From: an uncultured Planctomycetota bacterium
Lineage (GTDB): Bacteria > Planctomycetota > Planctomycetia > Isosphaerales > Isosphaeraceae
Reading direction: 5' to 3'
DNA: 64,000 nt
Assembly: GCA_963823665.1 (NCBI GenBank)
Contig: CAWGMQ010000008.1
Location: 1,952,001 to 2,016,000, forward strand
In this document: piece after piece, positions 33,164 through 44,544 of the stretch
Layout of the letters: each line of letters begins with the position of its first letter
Position numbering within the stretch: the stretch's first letter is position 1
The notes under the pieces: model-generated
What the model was told of the DNA's origin: nothing
The model's database searches: none
Seen by the model: the letters and a program-made list of their open reading frames with translations, nothing else
Translations under genes and position numbers: made by a program

Positions 33164-34342
33164 GTGGGGTATCGAGTGGATGATGAGTTAACACTCCCGG
33201 GTGTAATCGGCTGCAGTGCAGCCTTGCGCGAGGTCATTCGAATCACGCGTCAGGTATCACCATCGCGAGCCTGTGTGTTGATCATTGGCGAGACGGGAAC
33301 AGGTAAGGAACTAATAGCTCGAGCCATTCATGATCTGAGTCCACGGGCAACGGGACCGTACATCAGGGTAAATTGCGGCGCTTTAACAGAGAGCCTACTC
33401 GAAAGCGAGTTGTTCGGCCACGTCAAGGGCTCGTTCACTGGAGCAGTGGATAATCGCACTGGTCGGTTTGAGGCTGCGCACGCCGGCAGCATCTTTCTCG
33501 ACGAGATCAACAGTACGTCACCCAAGCTGCAGGTCAAACTCCTTCGTATCTTACAAGAAGGAGAATTCGAGCGGGTAGGCGACAACAATACTAAAAAGGT
33601 TGACACCCGAATCATTGCTGCTACCAATCGCGATCTCCTTGATGAGATCGAAGCCGATCGCTTTCGCGAAGATCTCTTTTACCGCCTTAACGTGGTGCCA
33701 ATCTACCTGCCGCCGTTGCGCGAGCGGCGCGAAGATATTGAACCACTAGTCTTGTTCTTTCTCGAACGCTATGCCGAACAAAATCAACGCACAATGCGGC
33801 GTGTTCACACGAGTGCCATGCGCCTCTTGCGTGAGCACGATTGGCCAGGGAACGTCCGTGAGTTACAGAACTACGTTGAACGGGCTGTTATTCTTGGTAC
33901 GGGACCCGAGTTAAGCGTTGAGCACTTGCCGCCACAACTTCGAGGACAACCTGTGCCACGACCGGTCCGTCCTAGGGTAGGAGGAGCTGATTTCACGGTC
34001 CTTTGCGCGGCACTTGTTCGCCAGGGTATCATTACCGCCGGACCAGGCGCCAATGACTTGTACGACCGCATTGTGGGACAGGTTGAACGCGAATTGATAC
34101 AACAGGTTCTTCAAAACTGTGACCGCGTGCAGATCAAAACCGCCTCAAGACTAGGCATTAACCGCAACACTTTGCATAAAAAGCTCTCCGAGTATCGACT
34201 GGACGAAAGTGGATTTCGGGCTACGGGTGACACTGCTAATCCATCTGGCACTAAGCAGCCAAACGGCGATATCGACGACACAGCCTCTAATGAAAGTGCC
34301 GAGAACGTCAGTGACTCTCCGCCATATGCCCGGTCAATCTAA
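33164..34342 (+). CDS. Sigma-54-dependent activator (AAA+ plus Fis HTH) without a sensor domain
   Basis: GETGTGKE, ESELFGHVKGSFTGA, FLDEI, FREDLFYRLNV, WPGNVREL, LGINRNTL. Confidence 0.93.
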   Translation: MGYRVDDELTLPGVIGCSAALREVIRITRQVSPSRACVLIIGETGTGKELIARAIHDLSPRATGPYIRVNCGALTESLLESELFGHVKGSFTGAVDNRTGRFEAAHAGSIFLDEINSTSPKLQVKLLRILQEGEFERVGDNNTKKVDTRIIAATNRDLLDEIEADRFREDLFYRLNVVPIYLPPLRERREDIEPLVLFFLERYAEQNQRTMRRVHTSAMRLLREHDWPGNVRELQNYVERAVILGTGPELSVEHLPPQLRGQPVPRPVRPRVGGADFTVLCAALVRQGIITAGPGANDLYDRIVGQVERELIQQVLQNCDRVQIKTASRLGINRNTLHKKLSEYRLDESGFRATGDTANPSGTKQPNGDIDDTASNESAENVSDSPPYARSI

Positions 34343-34623
34343 CCCGACTTTTGTAGGCAAGAATCACGAGACGGACCATGTAGTAGCTACCCTGAACTCC
34401 GTGTTCAGAGGCGAGAGCTTGGTAAACGCGCTCACGGCTACGAAATTCACCGGCGTGATTGAAGAGCCACCACCGGTGGCATCCGGGACTACGATAAATA
34501 GTCCTTGCAAGCGTGATCAGCGACAATTATGATTCCCCAGCGTAGCGCCACTGCGAACGCGCGTTTGGCCTGCCGTCTCGTTCGCGCTGTCGCGCAAGCT
34601 AACACTAACACCGGAGGCTCGAG

Positions 34624-35019
34624 ATGATCAGCCTCCCTCATTCCATCCGAGTGTTCCTCCACGCTCCAGCCTCAGATCTCCGTAAGGGCTTCGATGCGCT
34701 TTCTGGTCTAGTAACCACCGCCTTTTGCCAGGATTCGACATCCGGCCATCTGTTCTTGTTCGTTAATCGACGCCGCGACCGCCTCAAGATCCTCCACTGG
34801 GATCGCGACGGTCTGGCGATCTGGTACAAGCGACTCGAGACCGGCTCATTCGAGCTTCCTGCGGTCACCCGCGATGCTGTGTCGATCGAAATGAGTTCTA
34901 CCCAATTGACACTGATTCTCTCCGGTATCGACCTACGCTCTGCCCGGCAACGTAAGCGGTACCAGCGTCCCAAACCAGAAGCTGAAACTTGGCCGGTCAC
35001 CTCTTATAACGTTGAATGA
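34624..35019 (+). CDS. tnpB: IS66 accessory protein TnpB
   Basis: DLRKGFDAL, LFLFVNRRRDRLKILHWD..G..WYKRLE.G.F. Confidence 0.9.
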   Translation: MISLPHSIRVFLHAPASDLRKGFDALSGLVTTAFCQDSTSGHLFLFVNRRRDRLKILHWDRDGLAIWYKRLETGSFELPAVTRDAVSIEMSSTQLTLILSGIDLRSARQRKRYQRPKPEAETWPVTSYNVE

Positions 35020-35766
35020 TCATGATATCATCTATATGACGATTACTCCAAAGTCATGGCCGACTGATCCTCGCGAGTGTCACGACCTGCTGAACCGGCT
35101 CGCTCAGCAGGTCGAAGACCTCCAAGCCGCGCTCGATGAAGCTGCGAAACTCCACAATCAGATCGTCCAGAGCACGAACAGTCCCTGGAAGAATTGCGTC
35201 GCCAGATCGAACTCTACCGTTGCTACGTCTTCGGACCACGGCGGGAACGGCTGGTTGATGCCCCGGGCAAGGCCACCTCTTCCAGTTCGAAATGGCCGAG
35301 AGTGTCGCTTTACCTCCCGAACCGGCACAGCCGCAGGCGTCGGCATGCCCACGCCGATCACGTGAGCTAGACGACGACGGGCGACGCGCGATGCGTCAAG
35401 CAGAGGCGGTGCCGATTCTAGAGCGGCTCCGGCAGGAACTGGATCGACTGTCGATCAGATTGCTACCGAAGTCGGGTTTGGCCCAAGCGGTGACGTATGC
35501 GTTGAACCAATGGCGGGCATTGTGTCATTACACAGAGGACGGCCGTTTAACGATCGACAACAACGTATCGGAACGTCGGCTTCGCGATCAGGCAATTGGC
35601 CGCAAGAACTGGATGTTCCTGGGGAGCGTCGAGGCGGGACCCCGAGCGGCCGTGCCGTGCACGATCATCGCAGGAGCGAAGCGGCATCGGCTCGACGCTC
35701 CCCAGGAACATCCGGTTCTTGCGGTTATGTTGAGCTGACGAAGAGAATTGTATCCGAGGTGCTTAC
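35012..35766 (+). pseudogene. IS66 transposase TnpC remnant with large internal deletion
   Basis: LPKSGLAQAVTYALNQW..IDNNVSER..GRKNWMF; probable TTAC end at 35766. Confidence 0.8.
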
Positions 35767-36142
35767 GCACGCGATCGGCGATCCAAACGGCCGTCGCGGC
35801 AATTTGGGTACAATTCGTTGAGCTGAGCCGCGCGGCATGGCGGAGTTATGGAGTTTCAATCGGCGGTATCTCGCGTCGGAGTGGGATGACGAGGCGAAGA
35901 ACCTGCCGAATCCAGTGCCGTGTTGTCGAAAGATACGGATTGCCTGGCATGTTTTCGGCCTGTTCTCGTCGCCGCGGCAGAACGGTTCGCCGTCATCTTA
36001 CTAATACGACGAGGAATCCTCGTCCCACTGCGAGGAGTGGTTTCCTTTTAGGCCTGTCTTGGTCTTACCTCCTGGTCTTTGACACTCATATCATACTGAC
36101 TTCGAATTCTAATCGTTATGCAAATACCCCTGATCCGCACAA

Positions 36143-38498
36143 TGTCACCGGGCGCTTCAAAACCAGCCAATTATGGGCGCTTATCGGTAGTTCAAAACCA
36201 GCCACCCCGTTCGGGTAGTTACATTGGTCAATTCAATACAGCTCTACGGTAATCACGACTGACTGAGAACTTGCTTTGCTTGGCCGAATCGGTCTTTGAC
36301 TTTTCCGGCGGAGCCGAATTGGCTCCTCATTTTAACGCTTCGTTGTGGTCTTGCCTCCTCCCTTTCCGCTGGCGTTGGAGCCAGATGGCGCCTTGGCTGG
36401 TTTTGAATCTGGTGGGTTCTCTTCCGACCCGGAGGGCGCTTTGGCTGGTTTTGAATTCGAACCACCATGCTCAGAGCCGGAGGGCGCTTTGGCTGGTTTT
36501 GAATCTTCAAACCCGTTTCCGCCCGAAGCCGATTGGTGCCGCAGGCGGTAACTTCGGCCCTCCAATCGCACGAGCTCGGCATGATGCAGGAATCGATCCA
36601 AGATCGCCGTGGCACTCGGCACATCCCCGAGAAGCTTTCCCCAATCCTCGAGCGGACGGTTCGATGTCATCATCGTTGACCGTGTCTCATACCGCCGCAT
36701 CACGACCTCGAAGAGACATTCACCGGAACGCCTCGGCAATTGCTTCATTCCCATGTCGTCGATGATCAACAACTCGGGCTTCAGGTACATCGTCAGCATC
36801 TTGTCCTCCTGCCCCAACACCTGATCATGCAGGAAGTCCCGGACCAGGTCGAAGACCGAGCGGTAAAGAACCGTGTAACCGGCCTTGACGGCTTGATACC
36901 CGATCGCTTGTACGAGATGGCTCTTTCCGAGGCCGGGCGGTCCCAGCCAGAGCACGTCGCGCCCTTCGCGGAGGAACCGACAGCTCGCCAAGTCGTACAC
37001 CTGCTTGCGGGGGATCGACGGGTTGAACGACCAGTCGAAGTCTTCCAACGACTTCCGCTCGCGAAACTCAGCCGCTTTGAACCGTCGCTGGAATTGGCGA
37101 TCGGCTCGCACCGCCAGCTCGTCTTGAAGGATCAGCTCAAGGAACTCGCTGTGGCTGAGGCCGTGGCCAGCGGCCTCCTGTAGGCGAATCTCCAGGCTCT
37201 CCAAGAGTCCGGAGAGCCGTAGTTGCCTCAATACATTTCTCAGTGGTTCATTCATGGAGAAAACTCCTGGTGTGGTGTGGAAAATGTCGTGCTCGATCTC
37301 GATCGCCGATCACAGAATCAAAATGTCATCTCCGTCCCTCCCGCCTTCGCCATCGCCTCGCCCTCACTTGAACTGGGCGAGGCGATGGCGAAGGTGGGAG
37401 GGAGCATCCCTCTTGCCGAGCCGGAGCTGAGCCCCGTCCCCTCTTTTTCGCCGGAAACTCGGTAGCCACTGCAACGTTGTTTGCACCGTGACCGGCGGAG
37501 GTCTGCCAAGTCGATTCAGGCACTCCCGCTCAAAGCAACTCTGATTCATGAGTTGTTCCCCTCGTATCGAGATTGGAATGCGTCGCGGACAAACTGGCCA
37601 TATTCACTCATTGGTCGGATCATAGGATGCTCGCTCATGAATGGCAGCAACTCTTGCTTGGGTCCCTGGCGCTTCAGGAGCGCACGGATTGTCCGGAGGC
37701 GATACTCGCCGTAACCGTGCGCAATTTCGCAAGCGTGATCGATTGCCGAGGCGAGATGCCGGCTGGAAAGGTTCAAAAGGCCGATCAACACTCGCACTCC
37801 CTCGACTCCGCGGGCTCGGATCATCGCCTCTGCCCAAGCGGTGCTCTTGAGTCCCAGCCGAGTGGTCACTCTGCGCAGAAGCCAGGCTGCCCCTTTCTCG
37901 ACCCCGCTGATCTTATTGGGGTGAATCAGTTCAGGCGGTGTGCTGAAACGACCTGGTTCCTTCCTGAGATGCACGGCGATCTTCTCCATCCGATCGTTGT
38001 AGATCGACACCAGGCGGCTGTCCCAGCGCACCCAGACGTCCCGGTCCCGGTATTCCGGCGGCACCGCATAGTAGGCCCGCTTGACCTCAACATGGCCATC
38101 GCGGTGGACAGTGCGGCGGCCCTCGTGGAACGACGGGAATAGACCCAATGGCAACGGTACCAGTGCCTCGCGCTCGACCTCGGCGAAATGCTTGCCGACC
38201 TGGCGACGGGTGGTGCCATGGATCCGGGTGTCAGCGACGGTCAGCTCCCAGTTCAGTAGGAAAGCATTCTGCTCCTCCAGGCTGGGGAATCGCCGTGCCT
38301 TGAGAGCGTTGCTCTGGACGTAGTCGACGCTTTTTTCGACCTTTCCCTTGTGCCGAGGTGTCCGGGGTCGCGTGGGCCAGAAGACAAAGCCGTAGTGCTC
38401 TCCGAAGGAGCGGACCTTGGGATTGAGCTCGGGATCAAACCAGTCGGCCTTCGTCACGGCGGCCTTCAGGTTATCCTGAACCAACCGTCTCGGTACGC
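36143..38498 (-). mobile_element. IS21-family element: intact istB (36332..37255), istA (37546-~38490) 5'-truncated by IS3
   Basis: istB GPPGLGKS, IIDD, TSNR, AILDRFLH; istA DNLKAAV, PRHKGKVE; TG end at 36143 with TTCAAAACCAGCCA x2. Confidence 0.92.
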
Positions 38499-40126
38499 TG
38501 TCTTGGTTCACCGTGAAATGGAATTTCGTCCGATTGGCGTAAATGAATGGGGAACGGCATCGTGGCCTGGATGTCGCGGCATCGTGCCGCGAAGGTTTGT
38601 CGCATTGGTGCCAATCCCGGAGCTGTCGTGCTGCGATCGAGGAGAGAGCGCAGAGCCGAGGTATGCTCGGCTCTGGCTCCGGTCTTGGCCCCTGGCTCGG
38701 CGCTCGGGGTGCTCCTCAGCAGTGCCCTATCCTCCGCCCAGGTCAACATCGTTTGTAGCTCGTCCGCGATCTTCACGCAACCTCTTGTGACCCGTGTCTA
38801 ACTGTTGCTCGACGCTCGCGCGCCTCCTCCAGCTTGCGGTCACGCTCAGCGAAGATTTCTTTTTCCAGCCCGATCAACTTGTCGGCTGGGGTCAAATAAC
38901 CTAACGCGCTATGCAACCGTATATTATTGTAGTGATCCACATATGATGCAATGTGACGTAGAGCCTCATCGAACGAAGACACCGCCGCTGGCCGTACGCA
39001 CTCGCGTTTCAAACTGCCGTGCCAGCGCTCAAGTTTTCCGTTCGATTGCGGATAATACGGGCTCGTCCGAACGTGCGTTATGCCCGTCAGCCGGATGAAT
39101 TCCTTGAAATCCCGGGCAATGAACTGCGGGCCATTGTCACTGATGATCCGTGGCTTTTCTCCTGGATGCCGCTCCAACGCCCGCTGGATGATTGTCTCGA
39201 CTTCGCGCTCGGTCATGCTCTCACGAATCTCCCAGTGCACAATGTATCGGCTGCAACCGTCCAGCACGCTCGTCAGGTAGTAAAACGTCCCCGAGACGTT
39301 GATGTAAGAGATGTCCACATGCCAGTGTTCATGAGGCACCAGTGGTTGCACGAAGCCGGTTCCCTTCTTCGACGGTGAGAACCGCCTGCGATCGAGCCGG
39401 TTCGCTTGCTTGAGCACGCGATAGACGCTCGCTGGGCTGACGGCCACCACGTCGTCGTCGAGCATCATGAAGGTCAAGCGGCGATATCCTTCGAGAGGAT
39501 GGCGATCGTGAAAATCGACGATGGCTCGTTTTTCCCAGTCCTCGAGCCACCAATCGCGCGGGACCTTGCCGTTGTGCTCGTTGACTTTGCCGTAACGGTG
39601 CTTCCAGTCGTGGAACTTACTTGTGCCCAGGCCGAGCCAACTCAGGAGCTGACGAGCCGGAAGCTCCGTGCGGTCGACCCAATGCTTGACGTAGTCGACG
39701 ACCTGGTCACGCGTGTCGTGGGGAACCCAGGCTCCGTTCAGAGTTCCCCAAGTTCTTTTTTTAGCTGGACGTGCTCCTGCATCAGCTCGGCGATGACCTC
39801 GTTCTTCTTGACGAGACTGGATTGGAGCCGCTCGACGAGCTTCGCTTGAAGCCGCTCTGCGCGGGGCGGACGGCCTGCTGCGCGCTCCAAAGCATGCTCG
39901 GCCTGGTCGAGTACCTGCTTAATCCAGTTGTGGATCTGGCTGGGTTGAAGGCCGAACTCATCGGCCAAGTTGGAAACAGGCTCTTTGCCACTGATATGGC
40001 GACGGACGATTTGAGCCTTTTGCGGCGCTGAGAAATGCCGGCGCGACTGTCTCATGGAACTCACCTCCGATAGGGTTAATTATAACCCAACCGGCGCGAC
40101 ATTCTATTTTCAGGTGAGGCAGGACA
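38499..40126 (-). mobile_element. Complete IS3-family element (orfA 39738..40064, orfB to 38773 via -1 frameshift)
   Basis: TG..CA ends with imperfect TIRs; AAAAAAAG slip site; WHVDI, ISDNGPQF, SNGKLER; no target duplication. Confidence 0.93.
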
Positions 40127-40948
40127 CCCTCGCCTCCAGCGTCCCCTGCTTTGCCCACTCAGTCGACGACAGGTTGCTCGAATGATCTACCATGCCGTCC
40201 GTCGGCACCCCAACAGGCCCAGATACGTCAGCGACGAATGCTCATAGCCAACACAGCACACGAAATCATCGAGCGTGTCTGCGGGGTTCGCACACGACGG
40301 GGGGCCGGCCCGGGGTGGATTGTTGTTGAAAGCCTCTCCGTTCCCCACCTGGAGGTAACTCACATGGTTCTCTTTGAGGACTGTCTGAACGAGCGCGGCC
40401 GTCGCCCCGACTGACAGCTTGAGTACCGGCGCTTGCGGGATGCCCGAGTCGGCGATCCGTTCGATGTCCGCGTACGCGTGCGGCAGCACGCCCTGCTCGT
40501 TGAAGACGCGAAATGCCCGCCACCAAAGATTGCTAAGCCCCGAGCGGCTGTATTTTCCCTCCAGTAAGAATATGCACCGGGTTTCGAATCAAGACAACGA
40601 AAGCATCCCAACAAAGTGCAATCACTCAATTGACATGGCTGCAACGCCAGGAGTTACGGCCTTGCACGATTTCTTTGTTAATCGTGAACACGCGGCTGAT
40701 CCGATCCCCATCGGAAAGATCCCGGCAAGGCTTGCCCTGGGTCCACGGACGCTCGAACCTGAGCCCGCGGCTCCGGCCAATCGCGACGACCTGTTCGGAT
40801 CGGGTGTTCGATGGGAAGTGACCTGCATTCGGCGTGATGGACAGGGAACGTCCAGCCCACCCTCGAGCGAACCCGGCCGTCGCGCCGGGCCGTTCGAGCG
40901 GCCGATTCCTTGAAGAGCGGGCTCGCGTCGACCCGAGTCTCTGACCCA

Positions 40949-40987
40949 GAATCCGAAGGTTGTAGGTTCGAATCCTACCTGGCGCAC
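40949..40987 (+). other. 3' half of a tRNA (probably Arg), att-site fragment, not a full tRNA gene
   Basis: AATCCGA-AGGTT-GTAGG-TTCGAAT-CCTAC-CTGGCGC-A; no D-arm or 5' acceptor strand upstream. Confidence 0.85.
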
Positions 40988-41090
40988 TTCCTGACTCCCC
41001 CCGTCCAGAAGCGTCAAATCGCGTCCAGAGCCGTCTTTTCCAAGGATTAGTGACACTTGGGGAGTCGAACCGTCCGATACAGCCATCGTG

Positions 41091-41450
41091 TCAGGATGCG
41101 ACACAAAAACGACGCGAAACATCTCCTGCTCGCTGACAGAGCGCTATCACGTCGGGACGGGTCGGCGTCGCAGGGTCGGTACCCGTCGCGGACAAAGCCT
41201 CTGATTGCTTGCATGTGAACGGATCGAGGAGATTTTCCACCGTCGAGGCGATGTCGGCCAGGCGGGCATGGGCGTAAACCCCGAACGTCAAGACGAGCGC
41301 GCTATGCCGCGCCAACTCTTGAGCGCTCTTGACCGTGGCGCCGATCGCCACAACGTTCGACACGAATGTGTGTCGTAGGCTGTGAAGGTCGATCACCCCC
41401 GAGGCGGTCTCTTGTTCGATCCCCGCCATTCTCAGGTCGCGATAGAGCAT
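41091..41450 (-). pseudogene. Tyrosine integrase C-terminal remnant
   Basis: DLHSLRHTF..ARHS..VYAH catalytic boxes; transcribed toward the tRNA fragment. Confidence 0.85.
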
Positions 41451-41527
41451 CTTCTGGGGCTTGTCTGGGAGATTGAATACCGGAGCGTCCAGGGGCGCTC
41501 GATTGACGACGAGCCCGGCCGCTAAAC

Positions 41528-41688
41528 ATGCCGCCGCGATGGAACAGTGGCAAGCGGATCAAATCGGCCCCGATGGCAAAGAGAAGAAAACGAAGCCCCC
41601 GCCGCCGCCGAGGCCTCGGAGGATCGATATCAACGATGCCACGATGGAAGTGTTGCCCGGCCAGCTTCAGCCAGTTAGCGACAACTAG
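41528..41688 (+). pseudogene. DUF3987/YfjI-like fragment
   Basis: KPPPPPRPRRIDINDATMEVL resembles the DUF3987 PP..R..DAT.E motif. Confidence 0.45.
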
Positions 41689-41901
41689 CTTCTCTGCCGT
41701 CGGTGCGAGCCCTGGTAAACAGGCTGTATTGGGCCCAGACGGGATTTTCCGATGGCGCCTGGGTATAAGTTTATCGTGGTATTTACAGTCCCCCTTCACA
41801 CGGGATAGGCTTTGCCAGTCGCGCATAGCTTCCGCCTTCCTGCCGCACGGTGCCTTTCTGGAAGGAGGAGCCTATACCATCTCTGAAAGAGCGAGGAAAC
41901 C

Positions 41902-42627
41902 ATGTGGAAACGAATTAAGCGCAGGATACGTAATGCCGCAAAGTATATCGTCAAGGAGGCGATTGAGGAGGCATTGGAGGACGACGCATCCAACATGGAG
42001 CGACAGATCCAGCGAGGCGCGATGATTAAATCGTCGGAGTTCATTTGCGAGAATATCGAACTGAGCAAGCTGTTCGGCGATCGATACAAGTTGATGAAGC
42101 GGTGCCTGGAACTAATCTCTCCCTCGGGACTGATCCTCGAGTTTGGAGTCTACAGGGGCAACTCGATCCGTTTCATCGGTGAACAGGTTAATTCCCGTCT
42201 AGTGTTCGGCTTCGACTCTTTCGAAGGTCTGAACGAAGCCTGGGGTTTCATGCCTCGCGGTGCATTCGCGGATGTTCATCAACTGACTCAAATCCCACAA
42301 AACGTGACCTTGATCAAGGGATGGTTTGACCAGACGCTTCCGGGTTTCCTTGAAGAGCATGCCGGTCCTGTCGCCTTGGTTCACATTGATTCCGATCTCT
42401 ACTCGTCGTGCTCATATGTGCTGAGCACGCTATCGCCGCGGCTGATTTCCGGCTCGGTAATTGTCTTCGACGAGCTCTTGAATTATCCCACCTGGCAACA
42501 AGGGGAGTTCCGAGCCTTCAACGAGTGGAAAGATGCGAACGGAGTCAGGTTCGAATTCGTCGGCTTCGTTCCGCGACCAGGAATTGGGGCGTCTGGGCAC
42601 CAGGTTGCAATTCGGATCGTAGAGTGA
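41902..42627 (+). CDS. TylF/MycF-like class I SAM methyltransferase
   Basis: LEFGVYRG, GFDSFEGL, KGWFDQTL, VHIDSDLYSS, IVFDE. Confidence 0.9.
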   Translation: MWKRIKRRIRNAAKYIVKEAIEEALEDDASNMERQIQRGAMIKSSEFICENIELSKLFGDRYKLMKRCLELISPSGLILEFGVYRGNSIRFIGEQVNSRLVFGFDSFEGLNEAWGFMPRGAFADVHQLTQIPQNVTLIKGWFDQTLPGFLEEHAGPVALVHIDSDLYSSCSYVLSTLSPRLISGSVIVFDELLNYPTWQQGEFRAFNEWKDANGVRFEFVGFVPRPGIGASGHQVAIRIVE

Positions 42628-42635
42628 TCTGATTC

Positions 42636-44033
42636 ATGGTTGTGCTATTGCGATCAAAAAAACGTGCGGCCGCTGGCCTGCCGTACAAATCAACGTCGCT
42701 CACCTGCAAGTCAATCAACCCAACGCCGGGGCTCAACGTGAAGCCTGTAGAACATCGAATTTTCGCGAACTCGATCAGCGATGGGGATTCCAGTCTTTCC
42801 ATCGGATACTATAGCCCGCAATGGCCTCCTGAAGGATCTGCCAACGGGATCGTCACTGCGATCGCCACCCTCACTCCGGCACTGAGGGCCCAGGGCCACA
42901 AAGTCACGATTCTAACCCCGCACAATCCGGTGCCAAAGAAGGAAATAGTTTGTGCAGCCCCGGTTTATGTGTTGACGGACTCCCAGCGTGATTGGAATCT
43001 AGTCGGGGGAGCCGTTCGTAAGTTGGGGCATCGCCTGTTCCCCAACTTTACTTTCAACTATGTGATGGGAAATTTGATCAAGGCGGCGCTGAGACGAGCC
43101 CAAACCGAACAGGGGATCCAGTTGTTCGAGATGGAAGAAACGTTCGGTCTGGCGCAGCGGGTCTGCTCAGAAGCCTCGATCCCGATTTGCGTGCGTCTCC
43201 ACGGGCCGAGGTTCCTCAACCATGCGATGATAAAAGAAGCCGCCCAAACCGCCACCTTACGGCGATGCATCCGCCTCGAGGGGGAAGCGATCCAGGCCGC
43301 TCATGCGATCACAGCTCCTTCAAGGGACGTTCTGGACCGAGTCCGCCAGTTCTACGGGATTACACTTCCCGATGCTAAAGTGATCCCGGGCACAACGCCC
43401 GCGGTTCCCGTAGAGAGCCGGTGGCGACTGGAAACTGCCGAACCCAAGACAGTGCTGTTCATCGGGGATGGCACCTACAGAAAAGGGTGGGACCTGATCA
43501 TTCAGGCTTGTGTTCGCGTCTTCCGAGAGGTTCCCGAGTCGCAGCTCTGGCTTGTCGGTCGGCCGGGGTTATTCGTCGGCGAGGATGGACGGCGATGGAC
43601 GCATGAGGACTACATCAACGATCGACTCCCCGGCGCCCTGCAACGCAACCGGGTCAAGTCTCTGGGCTACCAGCCACCCGCTGAACTCGAGGCGCTGCGA
43701 CGAAAGGCTTTCCTGACGGTCATCTGCTCGCGGTACGAGACGTTCTCCTCGGCAACGCTCGAGGCGATGACACACGGCTGCCCCGTCGTTGCAGCAAGAA
43801 TCGGTGGGATGACTGAGATCGTTCAGGAAGGGATCGACGGATTAATGCATCGTGCGGGGGATTCCGAAGACCTCGCTACCCGGATCATCGAACTGCTCGA
43901 AGATCCCGACCGTGCCGGGCGCTTTGGTCGAGAAGCCGGGGAATCCTGCGAGCGACGTTTCCACCCCCAGGTGATCTCCGCCCGGATGACCGAGTTTTAT
44001 CGGGACGTGATCCAGAAATGGAAATCCCCCTGA
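42636..44033 (+). CDS. GT4-family glycosyltransferase (true start may be downstream)
   Basis: RKG, SRYETFSSATLEAMTHGCPVV..GGMTEIV (EX7E). Confidence 0.88.
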   Translation: MVVLLRSKKRAAAGLPYKSTSLTCKSINPTPGLNVKPVEHRIFANSISDGDSSLSIGYYSPQWPPEGSANGIVTAIATLTPALRAQGHKVTILTPHNPVPKKEIVCAAPVYVLTDSQRDWNLVGGAVRKLGHRLFPNFTFNYVMGNLIKAALRRAQTEQGIQLFEMEETFGLAQRVCSEASIPICVRLHGPRFLNHAMIKEAAQTATLRRCIRLEGEAIQAAHAITAPSRDVLDRVRQFYGITLPDAKVIPGTTPAVPVESRWRLETAEPKTVLFIGDGTYRKGWDLIIQACVRVFREVPESQLWLVGRPGLFVGEDGRRWTHEDYINDRLPGALQRNRVKSLGYQPPAELEALRRKAFLTVICSRYETFSSATLEAMTHGCPVVAARIGGMTEIVQEGIDGLMHRAGDSEDLATRIIELLEDPDRAGRFGREAGESCERRFHPQVISARMTEFYRDVIQKWKSP

Positions 44034-44299
44034 ACTCGTCACGCCGGGGGCAGACATATCCGACGTGTGCGACCGACCGGCTCTCGATTCGCAGCGCAGC
44101 CAGATCGATCGACCGCTTCTGATATACCGCAGACAACTACATGGATATCGACTATCCGGCGGTCCTTCTTACGATCGTCGAGAGCGACGCGCTGGGGTTA
44201 ATGACCGTGATTCGGAACGAGAATCGATGGGACAGGAGCATGTGCTATTCGAGGACGGCCGTCTGCTCTGCTATGATAAGAAGGCACCCACGCCCGTGA

Positions 44300-44544
44300 T
44301 GAGGTACATCGACTATGTCAAGGCCCTCCAGCATGCCAAGTCGATCGGGGCCGACATCTGCGGTATCGTCGGCCGCGACGGCGGCTACACTGCAAAAGTC
44401 GCCGACGCCTGCATTGTGATCCCCACCGTCAATCCCGAGACCATCACACCTCACTCCGAGGCCTTTCAGGCGGTGATCTGGCATCTGCTCGTCTCGCACC
44501 CGTCCCTCAAGGCGGTTGGCACAAAGTGGGAGTCGATGCGATGA
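44300..44544 (+). pseudogene. C-terminal remnant of GmhA-like SIS phosphoheptose isomerase
   Basis: VKALQHAK..GIVGRDGG..TPHSEAFQAVIWHLLV; N-terminal half absent. Confidence 0.72.

Noticed and set aside
34624..35019. TnpB as an RNA-guided nuclease
   Set aside because: This is IS66 TnpB, unrelated to IS200/605 TnpB; no RuvC motifs.
36394..36503. Possible mini-CRISPR with 48-bp period
   Set aside because: Lies in the istB coding frame and matches IS21 end motifs.
40187..40560. Short minus-strand ORF fragment beside IS3
   Set aside because: May be a gene remnant, but I cannot assign a family or boundaries.
40900..40990. Complete tRNA gene or tRNA-Leu(CAG)
   Set aside because: No 5' half, and the short variable loop is incompatible with Leu.
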